From contig CALXKS010000067.1 in assembly GCA_944389015.1 (NCBI GenBank), forward strand, positions 18,102 to 82,101: 64,000 bases of DNA. Direction: 5' to 3'. The notes under the pieces were generated by a model, which saw only the letters and a program-made list of their open reading frames with translations, had not been told where the DNA came from and made no database searches. How positions within the stretch are numbered: position 1 is the first letter of the stretch; each line of letters begins with the position of its first letter. The position numbers and the translations under genes are program-made. This DNA comes from an uncultured Spirochaetaceae bacterium. GTDB lineage: Bacteria > Spirochaetota > Spirochaetia > Sphaerochaetales > Sphaerochaetaceae. Below, in pieces: positions 1 through 9,298 of the stretch.

Positions 1-256
1 TATCGATGTACTTATCGCGTGAGGGGCGCCCGATCTTTATATCATCATGGATATTGACGCTTTCGATACCTGCGATAGTAAGACCTGCATCCTCGACTTC
101 CTTCTTCAGCGCCTGGATCCTCTCCAGAGGCCAGAGCTCCCCTGCCGGGATATCATAAAGTGTAGTGATGACTCCGGTAACACCCGGGACCTGCCTTATC
201 TGCCATAGTTTGACTGAATCGAACTTATCGCCAAACCACCTCATTGTCATCTGCAT
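1..256 (-). CDS. uxuA: Mannonate dehydratase (UxuA), N-terminal part only; gene runs off the window start
   Basis: Reverse translation from ATG at 256: MQMTMRWFGDKFDSVKLWQIRQVPGVTGVITTLYDIPAGELWPLERIQALKKEVEDAGLTIAGIESVNIHDDIKIG. This matches the conserved UxuA N-terminus (TWRWYG...IPxGEVW...IEDAGL...ESVxIHEDIK). SD GGAGAG lies upstream. Confidence 0.75.
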   Translation of the reverse strand, partial: MQMTMRWFGDKFDSVKLWQIRQVPGVTGVITTLYDIPAGELWPLERIQALKKEVEDAGLTIAGIESVNIHDDIKIGRPSRDKYID

Positions 257-276
257 GGCAATCTCTCCTTCTGCAT

Positions 277-296
277 CTAATATATTAGTATATTAG
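277..296. promoter_or_regulatory. Perfect 12-bp palindrome CTAATATATTAG (277-288) overlapping tandem TATATTAG x2 (281-296), 21-40 bp upstream of the uxuA ATG; candidate -10 region and/or operator
   Basis: Read directly from the sequence. The position relative to the uxuA start and SD suggests a promoter or operator. No known operator consensus recognised. Confidence 0.25.
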
Positions 297-342
297 TCTA
301 GTATCCATTAACTGTAAAGGAAAATCTTCCAAAGATTGAGGC

Positions 343-389
343 AAATAAAAATCCGGCGCTTTTGAGGTGAACCCTCACTTGGCCGGATT
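343..389 (-). terminator. Rho-independent terminator downstream of mscL
   Basis: On the minus strand: AATCCGGC...(inner TGAGG/CCTCA pairing)...GCCGGATT followed by TTTTATTT, about 20 nt after the mscL stop. Confidence 0.6.
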
Positions 390-410
390 GGATAAAGGCA
401 GGATATACCC

Positions 411-836
411 TTAATTGCTCTTCTTGAGAAGATCCCTGATCTCAGTAAGAAGCTGGATATCTGCAGGAGGAGCTGCTGGAGCTGCTGGCTTTGCCTCCTC
501 CTCGTGCTTCTTCATATCCTGAAGCTTATTGAAGCCCTTCACTACGCAGAATACGCAGAAGGCAATGACGATGAAACTGATGATAGCATTGATGAAGATA
601 CCATATCTGATAGCGACTTCCGGATCAGCCTCGGTAGCTGCCTTGAGAACGATCTTGAGATCAGAGAAATCGATTCCTCCGATTGCAAGTCCGATGACAG
701 GCATGATGATATCATTGACAGCGGAAGTCACGATTGCGGTGAATGCAGCACCGACAACCATACCTACTGCCATATCGAGCACATTTCCACGTGCGATGAA
801 CTTTCTGAACTCAGCAAAGAATCCTGTGTCTTTCAT
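411..836 (-). CDS. mscL: Large-conductance mechanosensitive channel MscL
   Basis: 141 aa. FAEFRKFIARGNVLDMAVGMVVGAAFTAIVTSAVNDIIMPVIG is the canonical MscL N-terminus/TM1; second TM and charged C-terminal helix present. Confidence 0.9.
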   Translation of the reverse strand: MKDTGFFAEFRKFIARGNVLDMAVGMVVGAAFTAIVTSAVNDIIMPVIGLAIGGIDFSDLKIVLKAATEADPEVAIRYGIFINAIISFIVIAFCVFCVVKGFNKLQDMKKHEEEAKPAAPAAPPADIQLLTEIRDLLKKSN

Positions 837-960
837 GTTTATATTTCCTTATTAATTCAAGAATTCCTTGGTGAGTATATTGATTATAAGGGACTTTGGG
901 AAGTACTACGGCAAAATGCATCTTCATACAATCTCCATATATCATTATGCTTGGTGCGTT

Positions 961-1302
961 ATGCAGAATATTGGACACAGAACAACGTAGAAGCTCAGGA
1001 AGCTCTCCAAATTCATTGAGGAGAAGCATGGCATGACACTTGCCCGTGCCATCTCAGAGAATCCTGCGAAGATTGCTGATATACTTTCAGGGAAGGAAAA
1101 CCCGACCAGGAAGATCTGAATGAAGGTCGCCGCATATTTCTTCATACCTGTGGACATCATCACAGATGATGCCAAGGACCTTCCGGACCTTGATCAGCTC
1201 AAGGTCGATGAGGGGATCTTCTGTCAATACAGCGCAATGATCTTGAGAATGATATCGAAAGAGAGAAGCAGAAGCACTTCTTCTCCAGAAACTGGAGGAT
1301 GA
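961..1302 (+). pseudogene. XRE/HigA-like helix-turn-helix regulator frame interrupted by two in-frame stops (TAG 988-990, TGA 1117-1119)
   Basis: A single frame reads MQNIGHRTT*KLRKLSKFIEEKHGMTLARAISENPAKIADILSGKENPTRKI*MKVAAYFFIPVDIITDD. This resembles HTH_3 proteins (GMT..LA..i......I..il.GK..p....+K+A.yF.v.vD.l). The frame ends in an ATGA overlap with the next gene. Confidence 0.4.
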
Positions 1303-2708
1303 TCGGCTACAGAAAGCGCGTCAGCCTTGTTCTCTCAATCCTTGTCATCATGGTTCCTCTCATCGCATTCATTCTTTTCTGTGCATCAGAGGTGGCTTAT
1401 GAGCGCTTTGATGATATCCGCAAATACAGAATAGGCAGTGACGGCCTGGAATATGACATCCATGATCCGATACAGAAGAAGTATCATGATGATCTTGAAG
1501 GAACATCAAAGGCAAACAATCCGGATGCATACTATGTAGAAGTCACAGTTGGTACTGTGCTTGAGAAGATCAAGAACATCCATTCAGAGACATCATCCTA
1601 TGAGACAAGGATGCAGCTCTTTTTCAAGTTCGATAAGGACGAATTCCGCAACATGTTCCGCCACTATGCAAGAAACGTGCTTGCTGATCAGATAATCGAT
1701 GCATACTATGCGGAGAGCGATGAGAGAAGACCTTCCGGTACATTCTCCCATGATGAATGGCTCGACAGCCACTCTGAGTTCTTCGAGGAATGGATAGACT
1801 CCCATGACCATGAGTACTACCCGGGAGAAACCCCCTCCAATGTATTCACTGATAAGGAGACGATGTTCACTCTTGGAAACGGAGAGTTCGTTCCTGACTC
1901 AATGGGTGTGCTTAAGGAGCTGGAAGAGGTGCAGTACTATGATGAGGAAGGCAACCTCCGCACAATGTGCTACCAGAAGGTAAGATTCAATGGAGCCTTC
2001 GAGAAAGCCTTTGACAGCGTCAGGTATCCGCTTGATTCCGTCCAGTTCAAGATGTACATCCTTCCGACCATGGATGCCGACTACATCAGGTATGTACCAG
2101 ATACATCAACCGATTCTGACGGCGTGCGCGTAAGCGGATTCACTCCATATTTCGGTATAACATCCGGATACAGGCTCATCCATGATACGGAATCCATGGA
2201 TAACTTCACGCTGCGTCTGAATTACTTCTACGATACGAACAATGATCCTGCCGTCCACTTCGATGAATCCGTAAGAACACAGCTTGAGATCATAGTCAGG
2301 GCGAACAGAGCAGGTATCTCTCTCTTCCTGCAGGCTTTCATCAATCTCTTCAGCGTTGTCATATGGATCATCATCGCTTTCTACAGCCAGAGCTATACAG
2401 GAGAAGACAGCGTAGGCATGCTTGGCACAGGACTGTTCGGTGTCATATCCTCCATGCTCGTCGGACTGTCGATGGTATCGGATGCGGGCATTTTCTCCCT
2501 GATAACGATGATAAACATATTCACGCTGGCCGTCATAATGATAATGACGTATCAGGCAATTGCAGCAAAGCGTGCTCAGGTAAGAAAGGACAAGGTTCTG
2601 ATCGCCTACAACGGTATAAAGCTCAGGGTGCTGTTCATAACGCTTACGATCTGCACTATCGCAATGTTCATCGTGATTCCGGCACTTGCCTATATGCGGG
2701 GAGTCTGA
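1299..2708 (+). CDS. Putative prokaryotic pentameric ligand-gated ion channel (GLIC/ELIC-like) with an extended extracellular domain
   Basis: 469 aa. N-terminal signal anchor, about 330-aa extracytoplasmic domain, then four C-terminal TM helices. FDSVRYPLDSVQFKMYILP resembles the pLGIC loop-7 signature (YPFDxQ). The pre-M1 Arg (IIVRANRAG) is followed by M1-M4. Confidence 0.55.
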   Translation: MIGYRKRVSLVLSILVIMVPLIAFILFCASEVAYERFDDIRKYRIGSDGLEYDIHDPIQKKYHDDLEGTSKANNPDAYYVEVTVGTVLEKIKNIHSETSSYETRMQLFFKFDKDEFRNMFRHYARNVLADQIIDAYYAESDERRPSGTFSHDEWLDSHSEFFEEWIDSHDHEYYPGETPSNVFTDKETMFTLGNGEFVPDSMGVLKELEEVQYYDEEGNLRTMCYQKVRFNGAFEKAFDSVRYPLDSVQFKMYILPTMDADYIRYVPDTSTDSDGVRVSGFTPYFGITSGYRLIHDTESMDNFTLRLNYFYDTNNDPAVHFDESVRTQLEIIVRANRAGISLFLQAFINLFSVVIWIIIAFYSQSYTGEDSVGMLGTGLFGVISSMLVGLSMVSDAGIFSLITMINIFTLAVIMIMTYQAIAAKRAQVRKDKVLIAYNGIKLRVLFITLTICTIAMFIVIPALAYMRGV

Positions 2709-2778
2709 TAGCACCATAGCCACAAAGCGCCCTTCTCTGCTATATTTCTCTGTATGCGCCAATGCAAAGGAGGTTCCG

Positions 2779-3525
2779 ATGAGGATCACCATATGCGAAA
2801 ACAAGATTGAACTCGGCAGAGAAGCGGCTGCAATGGGCCGGCATCATATAAAGTCGGCTATTCAGAGACAAGGCAGAGCTAATGTTGCTTTCGTGACGGG
2901 TACAAGCCAGCTTGAGATGCTGAAGGCTCTGAGAGCAATGGAGATAGACTGGAGCAAGGTCAATATATTCCTTCTTGATGAGTTCATAGGTCTTCCAGAC
3001 GGTCACAAGGCATCTTCGGAAACATTCCTCAAGGAGAACTTCATAAGCTTTCTTCCTGAAGTCGGAAGCTTCCACCCCATCTCAAGAAGAGAGAATGCAG
3101 AGCAGACAATCGAAGAGATGAACAAGCTTATGGCCGACTACCCCCTTGATGTGTCATTCATATGCATTGGCGAGAATGGGCACCTTGCATTCAATGATCC
3201 TCCGGCAGATCTCGATGCTACCGATCCATACATAATCGTGGACCTGGAAAGGCGCTCCAGGAGGCAGCAGGTCGGAGAAGGCTGGTTCCAGAATATCGAT
3301 GAAGTTCCATCAAGAGCCATAACGATGTCGGTCCATGAGATCATATCATCAAAGAATATAATCTGCTCATGTCCTGACCAGCGCAAGGCAAAAGCCGTAG
3401 CCATGTGCGTCTTTGACGATATAGCTCCTGCAGCTCCCTGCGCGACGCTGAGAAGAACGGAATGCTCGCTCTTCCTTGATAGGCAGTCAAGCCGTCTCAT
3501 ACTGAGCGATGGACGTCAGAAATAA
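2779..3525 (+). CDS. Glucosamine-6-phosphate deaminase / 6-phosphogluconolactonase family protein (NagB-like)
   Basis: Start moved to ATG 2779 (SD AAGGAGG at 2767-2773). Motifs VTGTSQLEM, IFLLDEFIGLPDGH, IGENGHLAFNDP are typical of the NagB/SugarP_isomerase family. Confidence 0.7.
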   Translation: MRITICENKIELGREAAAMGRHHIKSAIQRQGRANVAFVTGTSQLEMLKALRAMEIDWSKVNIFLLDEFIGLPDGHKASSETFLKENFISFLPEVGSFHPISRRENAEQTIEEMNKLMADYPLDVSFICIGENGHLAFNDPPADLDATDPYIIVDLERRSRRQQVGEGWFQNIDEVPSRAITMSVHEIISSKNIICSCPDQRKAKAVAMCVFDDIAPAAPCATLRRTECSLFLDRQSSRLILSDGRQK

Positions 3526-3536
3526 GCATGCTTCTG

Positions 3537-3564
3537 GATCCCGGATCTCCCGGGATCTTCTTTT
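3537..3564 (+). terminator. Rho-independent terminator after the NagB-like gene
   Basis: GATCCCGG-ATCTC-CCGGGATC stem-loop followed by TTCTTTT. Confidence 0.6.
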
Positions 3565-3741
3565 CGCTCCACATCTGCCATTCTTCCTTCACCATCATAA
3601 CAGAATCCTTCTCTGCCCCTGATGCAGATGATCCAGGATGGAAATATAGAAATTTCATGTATTTTTCTCAAACCCACATAAAGTGAACATTACGTGAACC
3701 GATATGTAACCTATATAGTTATAGAGAACATATATATTTAT

Positions 3742-5112
3742 ATGGACTTGCAGCGTTCATCAAAGAAACTCTCAAGGAGGTTGCTTTTGAAAATACTGCA
3801 TAAAATAATGATGCTTGCGATAGCAGCGGCTATTCCGCTGTCAGCTGCCGATGTCCCGGTCATAACGCTGGAAAAAGCGCTGGAATCGGCAAAAGATAAT
3901 AACATCTCACTGAAATCAGCCAGAGTGACACTGAATCAGGCAATAAGGAATGCAGATAATGCAGCAGGAACCTTCATGCCGGAAATAAGACTCAATGCCG
4001 GTCTGCAGGCTGGCGGAGAATTTCCTCCAGCAACACAGAGTCCTGAATATACAGGCCTTTCGCTGAACGCAGGGGCCTCGGCATCCTTCTCTTTCCGGGG
4101 GACCATGGTGAAAGACGGGGAGACGAGGGCCATTCAGAGGGAAGCGGCTGCGCTCACATTCCAGAATGACTACTCCGGGATAGAACAGTCGATAATCAAA
4201 GCATATTGGACAATTGCAGCAAACAAAGTACAGGCAGACAGCGCCAGGACCTTCGCCGAGGATGCGGAAAGGCAGTATCAGTCATCGCTGGAGATGTATG
4301 AAAGCGGAATTGCCGATGAGCTTGCTCTCAACCAGTCCGAGCTTGCCTATAACCAGGCAGTGCTGACCCAGAAGACAGCAGAAGACACTCTGGAGAACTC
4401 CAAGGATGTGCTCAGAACTCTTACAGGCATAGACGGCGATTTCCTGATATCCTCCCTTCCCGGGACTGTCTATCTTTCCTTCCCTTCACCAGATGAACTG
4501 TTTTCAATATACGGTGAAGGGAATATCGGAATAAAACAGAGCCGGAACAGCCTTGAATCCGCAAGACTGGATCTGGAATCATCGAAGCTTGACGCCTATG
4601 TCCCATCTCTGACAGCAGATCTCAGCTATAGTTACCGCGGAGGGTGGAATGAAGGATGGGAATACGGATCGACCTCACACGGCCTTACTGGCGGAGTCTC
4701 GGTTTCGCTTCCGATTGGAGCGATGCTTCCGGGAGGAAGTGCTGATTCAGCAATAAAGGATGCAAAAGACCTTGTATCTATCCGTTCATTGGCATTGCAG
4801 CAATCCCAGGAAGATCTTCTATCCGGGATAAGGGACAGCATATCCAGGATCGTCCAGTATCAGGGCAGCATGGATATGGCCAGAAAATCCCTGGAATCAG
4901 CAGAAAGGACATATGAGCTGATGAACGAGGCCTATGAAGCGGGACTTGTCACAGCATCAGAGCTGGCAGATACGAGAACGGATGTGCTGTCAACGCAGTT
5001 TGAAGCGATTTCATACGATATAAACCAGCTTCTTGAAAGCTATAGCCTTGCTTACATGCTGAACATAGGCATCGATGAGCTGCAGACGGAATACGGAATA
5101 AGGAGAGAATGA
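3742..5112 (+). CDS. TolC-family outer membrane efflux protein
   Basis: About 455 aa with a signal peptide (MMLAIAAAIPLSAADVP). Two-repeat coiled-coil/beta pattern typical of OEP family. First gene of an OMP-MFP-RND triad. Alternative start TTG 3787, 6 nt after AAGGAGG. Confidence 0.75.
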   Translation: MDLQRSSKKLSRRLLLKILHKIMMLAIAAAIPLSAADVPVITLEKALESAKDNNISLKSARVTLNQAIRNADNAAGTFMPEIRLNAGLQAGGEFPPATQSPEYTGLSLNAGASASFSFRGTMVKDGETRAIQREAAALTFQNDYSGIEQSIIKAYWTIAANKVQADSARTFAEDAERQYQSSLEMYESGIADELALNQSELAYNQAVLTQKTAEDTLENSKDVLRTLTGIDGDFLISSLPGTVYLSFPSPDELFSIYGEGNIGIKQSRNSLESARLDLESSKLDAYVPSLTADLSYSYRGGWNEGWEYGSTSHGLTGGVSVSLPIGAMLPGGSADSAIKDAKDLVSIRSLALQQSQEDLLSGIRDSISRIVQYQGSMDMARKSLESAERTYELMNEAYEAGLVTASELADTRTDVLSTQFEAISYDINQLLESYSLAYMLNIGIDELQTEYGIRRE

Positions 5113-5115
5113 TCC

Positions 5116-6102
5116 ATGAGCGGAAATGACAGCGGTAATAAAATAAAGGAACCTGATTTCGCGGAACTTGCCGCAATGAAGAAAAGCCCTTCCAGGGCAA
5201 GCAGACTGACAACGGTGGTATTGCTTCTGCTCTGTATCATTCTCACAGGAGCAGTCCTGTATAAGATGTTCAGTGCCCCTCCTGCGGAAAAGGAACTAGC
5301 AGCCAGCAATACAGGGCTTGCGGCAGTGAATGTATCGGCCTCCCCTGCACGCATCGGGGATTTCATCAGGATATCCAGGATGAACGGAGAGATCAGAAGA
5401 GCGGGAAATGACATCATGATCTATCCGGATATCTCATCCACAGGCACTGTGACGGAGGTTCTCATCGATGAGGGAGATACGATAAGCACAGGTGATACAG
5501 TCGCATATATAGACTCATCACGTCCTGGATCGAGCTATAAGACAAGCCCTGTGATCGCGAAGGCTGGTGGTATTGTAACCGATGTGAATGTCTCAGCAGG
5601 GGAAAGGATAAGCTCCTCTACAGCCATTGCCACAATCACAAGCAATGATGATCTTGTGATAAAGGCCTCGATCCCTGAGAAGTTCATAGGGACTCTGCGC
5701 CGCGGAATGACTGCGGAGTTCGAGACTGTCGCCTATCCGGGAAGAATATATAAAGCCGTACTGACATATATAGCGCCATCTGTCGATCCTGCATCAAGGA
5801 CAACGGATATCGAACTGGCGATCTCCGGAGACGTATCGGGGCTGATGTCAGGCATGTATATCAAGCTCAATCTAGAAACGGAGCATCAGAGCGATGTGCT
5901 CATGGTTCCTGCATCCGCGATTGATGGATATCTCGGAGACGATGTCGTCTTCCTTGCTGATAACGGTACTGCCAGAAGGCAGATCGTCACGATAGGAAGC
6001 TCAAATGGAACCGATACAGTCATACTCTCCGGTCTTTCTGAAGGGGATCTTGTCATCACAGCAGGCAATGTCACAGATGGAACTGCTATAAGCGTCGTAT
6101 AA
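5116..6102 (+). CDS. Efflux RND periplasmic adaptor (membrane fusion protein, HlyD family)
   Basis: 328 aa. N-terminal TM anchor, lipoyl/barrel-sandwich-like segments (GTVTEVLIDEGDTISTGDTVAYID; GGIVTDVNVSAGERI). Sits between the OMP and RND pump genes. Confidence 0.75.
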   Translation: MSGNDSGNKIKEPDFAELAAMKKSPSRASRLTTVVLLLLCIILTGAVLYKMFSAPPAEKELAASNTGLAAVNVSASPARIGDFIRISRMNGEIRRAGNDIMIYPDISSTGTVTEVLIDEGDTISTGDTVAYIDSSRPGSSYKTSPVIAKAGGIVTDVNVSAGERISSSTAIATITSNDDLVIKASIPEKFIGTLRRGMTAEFETVAYPGRIYKAVLTYIAPSVDPASRTTDIELAISGDVSGLMSGMYIKLNLETEHQSDVLMVPASAIDGYLGDDVVFLADNGTARRQIVTIGSSNGTDTVILSGLSEGDLVITAGNVTDGTAISVV

Positions 6103-6111
6103 GGAGCTCTT

Positions 6112-9100
6112 ATGACAATATCCGAACTATCCGTAAGGCGTCCTGTACTGATGACCATGGCCTATGTGCTTATCTGTGTCATATGCCTGGTCTTCCTTCC
6201 GCGTCTTGACATGTCGCTCTACCCCGATGTGGAGCTTCCTGTCATGTCCGTTGTCATTGACTGCAATGACGCCGGTCCGGAAGAGGTTGACCTGCAGGTG
6301 ACCGATACAATGGAGGAAGCCCTGAACTCTCTGCAGAATCTTGATACTATGACATCGATATCAAGGGAAGGACGCTGTACGATCAGGCTTGAATTTGATT
6401 ACGGAACCGACCTCGATGATGCATCTGAGGATGTGAATACCATCGTCTCCATGCGCTCAAGATTCCTTCCGGACTGGGCAGAGACCCCGCGTATCATCCG
6501 CTATGACTCAACTGGATCGACCACAGTGATGAGACTTGTTCTTACAGGCAACAGATCAAAAGATGACCTCCAGTATATTGCGGAGAATACCGTTCAGCCG
6601 CTTCTTGAGAGAATCGACGGGGTATCCCAGGTAAATGTCTATGGCGGTTCGCAGATCGAATACAATGTCGAAGTCGATCCCAACAGGCTTGAAGCATATG
6701 GGCTGACTCTGTCGCAGATCTCCTCAAGGATAGCGGCAAGGAACATACAGAGCACCGGCGGAGAGATCACCCAGAATGGACTGGATTACCAGATCACTAC
6801 AGATGCCCGCTATATGACAATAGAGGATATCAACGAGACAATAGTCGGATATGCCTCAAACGGAAAAGCTATCTATCTGCAGGATATAGCTGAAGTACTA
6901 CGGGACAACCAGCGTGGAGGACGGCTGCAGTATCTCGATGGCGAGGAGATCGTGACAATAAGTGTTGCCAATGAATCCGATGCCAATGAGACGACAGTCG
7001 CAAAGAATATACGGGAAGCTCTTCCGGATATAATCGCAGCGCTTCCTGCCGGCCTCAGCCTGACTATCCAGCGTGACAACACAGAGATGATCACAGACAC
7101 GATGAATGAGGTCTACAACTCCGCAGTGCAGGGTGTACTGCTTGCAGCTCTCATAATCTTCGTGTTCCTCAGAGGAATAAAGAGCACAATCATCATCTCG
7201 CTCTCGATGCCGATCTGCATACTCATCACGCTCATGATAATGTCAATCTCTGGCATGTCCGTGAATGCGATGACGATGTCCGGTCTCATACTCGGTATTG
7301 GAATGACCGTTGATGCATCGATAATCATCCTGGAGAACACATATACATTCAGGCAGAACGGAGAGCGATCGGCCGTCGCAGCAATACTCGGAAGCAAGAA
7401 TATGTTCACAGCCATCGTCGCATCAACGCTGACGACAATCTGCGTATTCGTCCCGATCATCATCTACAAATATGACATAGGAATGATCGGTGTCATGTTC
7501 CAGGACCTTGTCATCACCGTATGCATATCCCTCTTCAGTTCATTGTTCGTAGCGGTCACACTCGTCCCAGCTCTCTGCGGATCTATCCTGAAGATCAACA
7601 CGAGAACGCAGAAGCCGCTGAAGAACAGAGTGCTGAGGGGAATAGATGAAGCTATGGAACGGGGGGAGATGCGGATGAGAAATGCCTATGTGCATGTCCT
7701 CAACTACTTCCTTGACAGGAAATTCCTCCTGATATTCCTTCTTATCCTGCTCCTCATACTATCGATAATGAAGTTCTCGGAGATAGGAATATCGCTGGTA
7801 CCGCAGCAAACCACGGACGACAGCGTCACCCTTGAGCTTGAGCTTGAGCAAGGAACAACTCAGGACGTGACGAAGGAGTACGTCTTCACAATGCTGAAGA
7901 ATGTCCTCGATACGCTTCCGGAGGGAAGCTATGAGAGCATAATGACGACGGTCGGAAGCAGCAACACAGGAAACATTGAGATAGAGCTTCCGGAGATCAC
8001 ACGGCAGACATATACGGTCTCCGATATACAGAACCTGCTCAGACCTTTCCTGGATGATGATCCAAGCGCAGACTGGATATTCTCATCCGGTCGTTCGATG
8101 AGAGGACAGGGCATCGAGGTTGTCATCTATTCCGACACACCGGAGCTTGCGGCAGAAGCTTCCGATGAGATCATGGGAATCCTTGACTACTATGTACCGC
8201 AGGTTGAGAATCTCTCATCAGATCTTGAGAATGGTGCACCGAAGTATGATATCGCCATAGATCAGATGAAGCTCAGGGACTTCGGGATCTCAGTAAGCGA
8301 TCTCACCACGACTGTAAATGCGGCTCTTACGGGATTGACTGCCACGGAAATCTCCACATTCTCTGCTGATGAGACCTATGATCTGATTGTCCGCATCGAT
8401 GAGAATGAGATACAGAGCGTCGATGATCTTGCCTCCCTCATGATCCCGACTGCCAGCGGTGGCAGAGTCAGACTGGACGCAGTTGCGGATTTCATTGAAT
8501 CCACTGCTCCTATGTCGATAAGAAGGGAGAACAGGGAAAGAGTCAACCGCATCAATGGCGACGTTATGGAAGGCTGGGCGGCAAATGAAGTACAGGCCAT
8601 AGTCGACAGAGCGCTTGAAGCCCATCTGGTACTCCCTGAAGGCGTACGCATCGAACAGCATGGCGAAATGTACACCTTCGCTGAATACCTGCCGACAATG
8701 ATCATGATCATCATTCTCGCGCTGTTCCTTGTCTACGCTGTCATGGCAGCACAGTTCGAATCACTGATGGATCCTTTCATAATCTTCGCAACGATCCCTC
8801 TGCTTCTGATAGGAGTCATATGGATACATATCGCGATGAACGAGCCTTTCTCGCTATTCAGCATAGTCGGAGTGATTGCACTGATCGGAGTCGTTGTAAA
8901 CAACGGTATCGTCCTTGTCGACTGCATCAACAGGCTTGTTGAGCAGAAGGTACCGGTAAAGCAGGCATGCCTGCAGGCAGCTTACGGCAGACTCAGGCCG
9001 ATTCTCATGACAACGCTGACGACAATACTCGGAATGATCCCTATGGCATTCTTTCCGGGGAAAGGTGCTGAGATGATGCAGCCGATAGCTGTCACATTCG

Positions 9101-9270
9101 TCGGAGGCATCACTACAGGAGCGTTCCTCACACTGCTGCTCTCCCCTGTTCTCTATCTCATATTCAACAAGCATAAGGAAAAGAAGTTCGATGATCCTGA
9201 CACGCTTACAAACCAGCTCAGAGAATATGATATGAGACACCTCAGGACACTCGATGATATAGTCGGCTGA
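6112..9270 (+). CDS. RND family efflux permease (AcrB/HAE1-like)
   Basis: 1052 aa. ISELSVRRPVLMTM start, 12-TM two-repeat architecture with two large periplasmic loops, conserved GIGMTVDASIIILEN and VVNNGIVLVD segments. Confidence 0.9.
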   Translation: MTISELSVRRPVLMTMAYVLICVICLVFLPRLDMSLYPDVELPVMSVVIDCNDAGPEEVDLQVTDTMEEALNSLQNLDTMTSISREGRCTIRLEFDYGTDLDDASEDVNTIVSMRSRFLPDWAETPRIIRYDSTGSTTVMRLVLTGNRSKDDLQYIAENTVQPLLERIDGVSQVNVYGGSQIEYNVEVDPNRLEAYGLTLSQISSRIAARNIQSTGGEITQNGLDYQITTDARYMTIEDINETIVGYASNGKAIYLQDIAEVLRDNQRGGRLQYLDGEEIVTISVANESDANETTVAKNIREALPDIIAALPAGLSLTIQRDNTEMITDTMNEVYNSAVQGVLLAALIIFVFLRGIKSTIIISLSMPICILITLMIMSISGMSVNAMTMSGLILGIGMTVDASIIILENTYTFRQNGERSAVAAILGSKNMFTAIVASTLTTICVFVPIIIYKYDIGMIGVMFQDLVITVCISLFSSLFVAVTLVPALCGSILKINTRTQKPLKNRVLRGIDEAMERGEMRMRNAYVHVLNYFLDRKFLLIFLLILLLILSIMKFSEIGISLVPQQTTDDSVTLELELEQGTTQDVTKEYVFTMLKNVLDTLPEGSYESIMTTVGSSNTGNIEIELPEITRQTYTVSDIQNLLRPFLDDDPSADWIFSSGRSMRGQGIEVVIYSDTPELAAEASDEIMGILDYYVPQVENLSSDLENGAPKYDIAIDQMKLRDFGISVSDLTTTVNAALTGLTATEISTFSADETYDLIVRIDENEIQSVDDLASLMIPTASGGRVRLDAVADFIESTAPMSIRRENRERVNRINGDVMEGWAANEVQAIVDRALEAHLVLPEGVRIEQHGEMYTFAEYLPTMIMIIILALFLVYAVMAAQFESLMDPFIIFATIPLLLIGVIWIHIAMNEPFSLFSIVGVIALIGVVVNNGIVLVDCINRLVEQKVPVKQACLQAAYGRLRPILMTTLTTILGMIPMAFFPGKGAEMMQPIAVTFVGGITTGAFLTLLLSPVLYLIFNKHKEKKFDDPDTLTNQLREYDMRHLRTLDDIVG

Positions 9271-9279
9271 TAGATAGAT

Positions 9280-9298
9280 AGCTCCGGACTCCGGAGCT
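9280..9298. terminator. Hairpin between convergent RND and pentapeptide genes (possible bidirectional terminator)
   Basis: AGCTCCGG-ACT-CCGGAGCT perfect 8-bp stem. It overlaps the TAG stop of the minus-strand gene. T-rich run follows on the plus strand. Confidence 0.45.

Noticed and set aside
988-1119. Possibility that in-frame TGA/TAG codons (here and at 60983) reflect an alternative genetic code or programmed recoding.
   Set aside because: TGA and TAG terminate many well-defined genes in the window at the expected protein lengths (TGA in ATGA overlaps at fmt, def and lexA; TAG at rpoN). No SECIS-like context was recognised. Pseudogenisation or sequencing error is simpler.
7831-7848. Tandem hexamer (CTTGAG)x3.
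   Set aside because: It lies in-frame inside the RND pump gene and encodes LELELE in a periplasmic loop. A trivial coding microrepeat.
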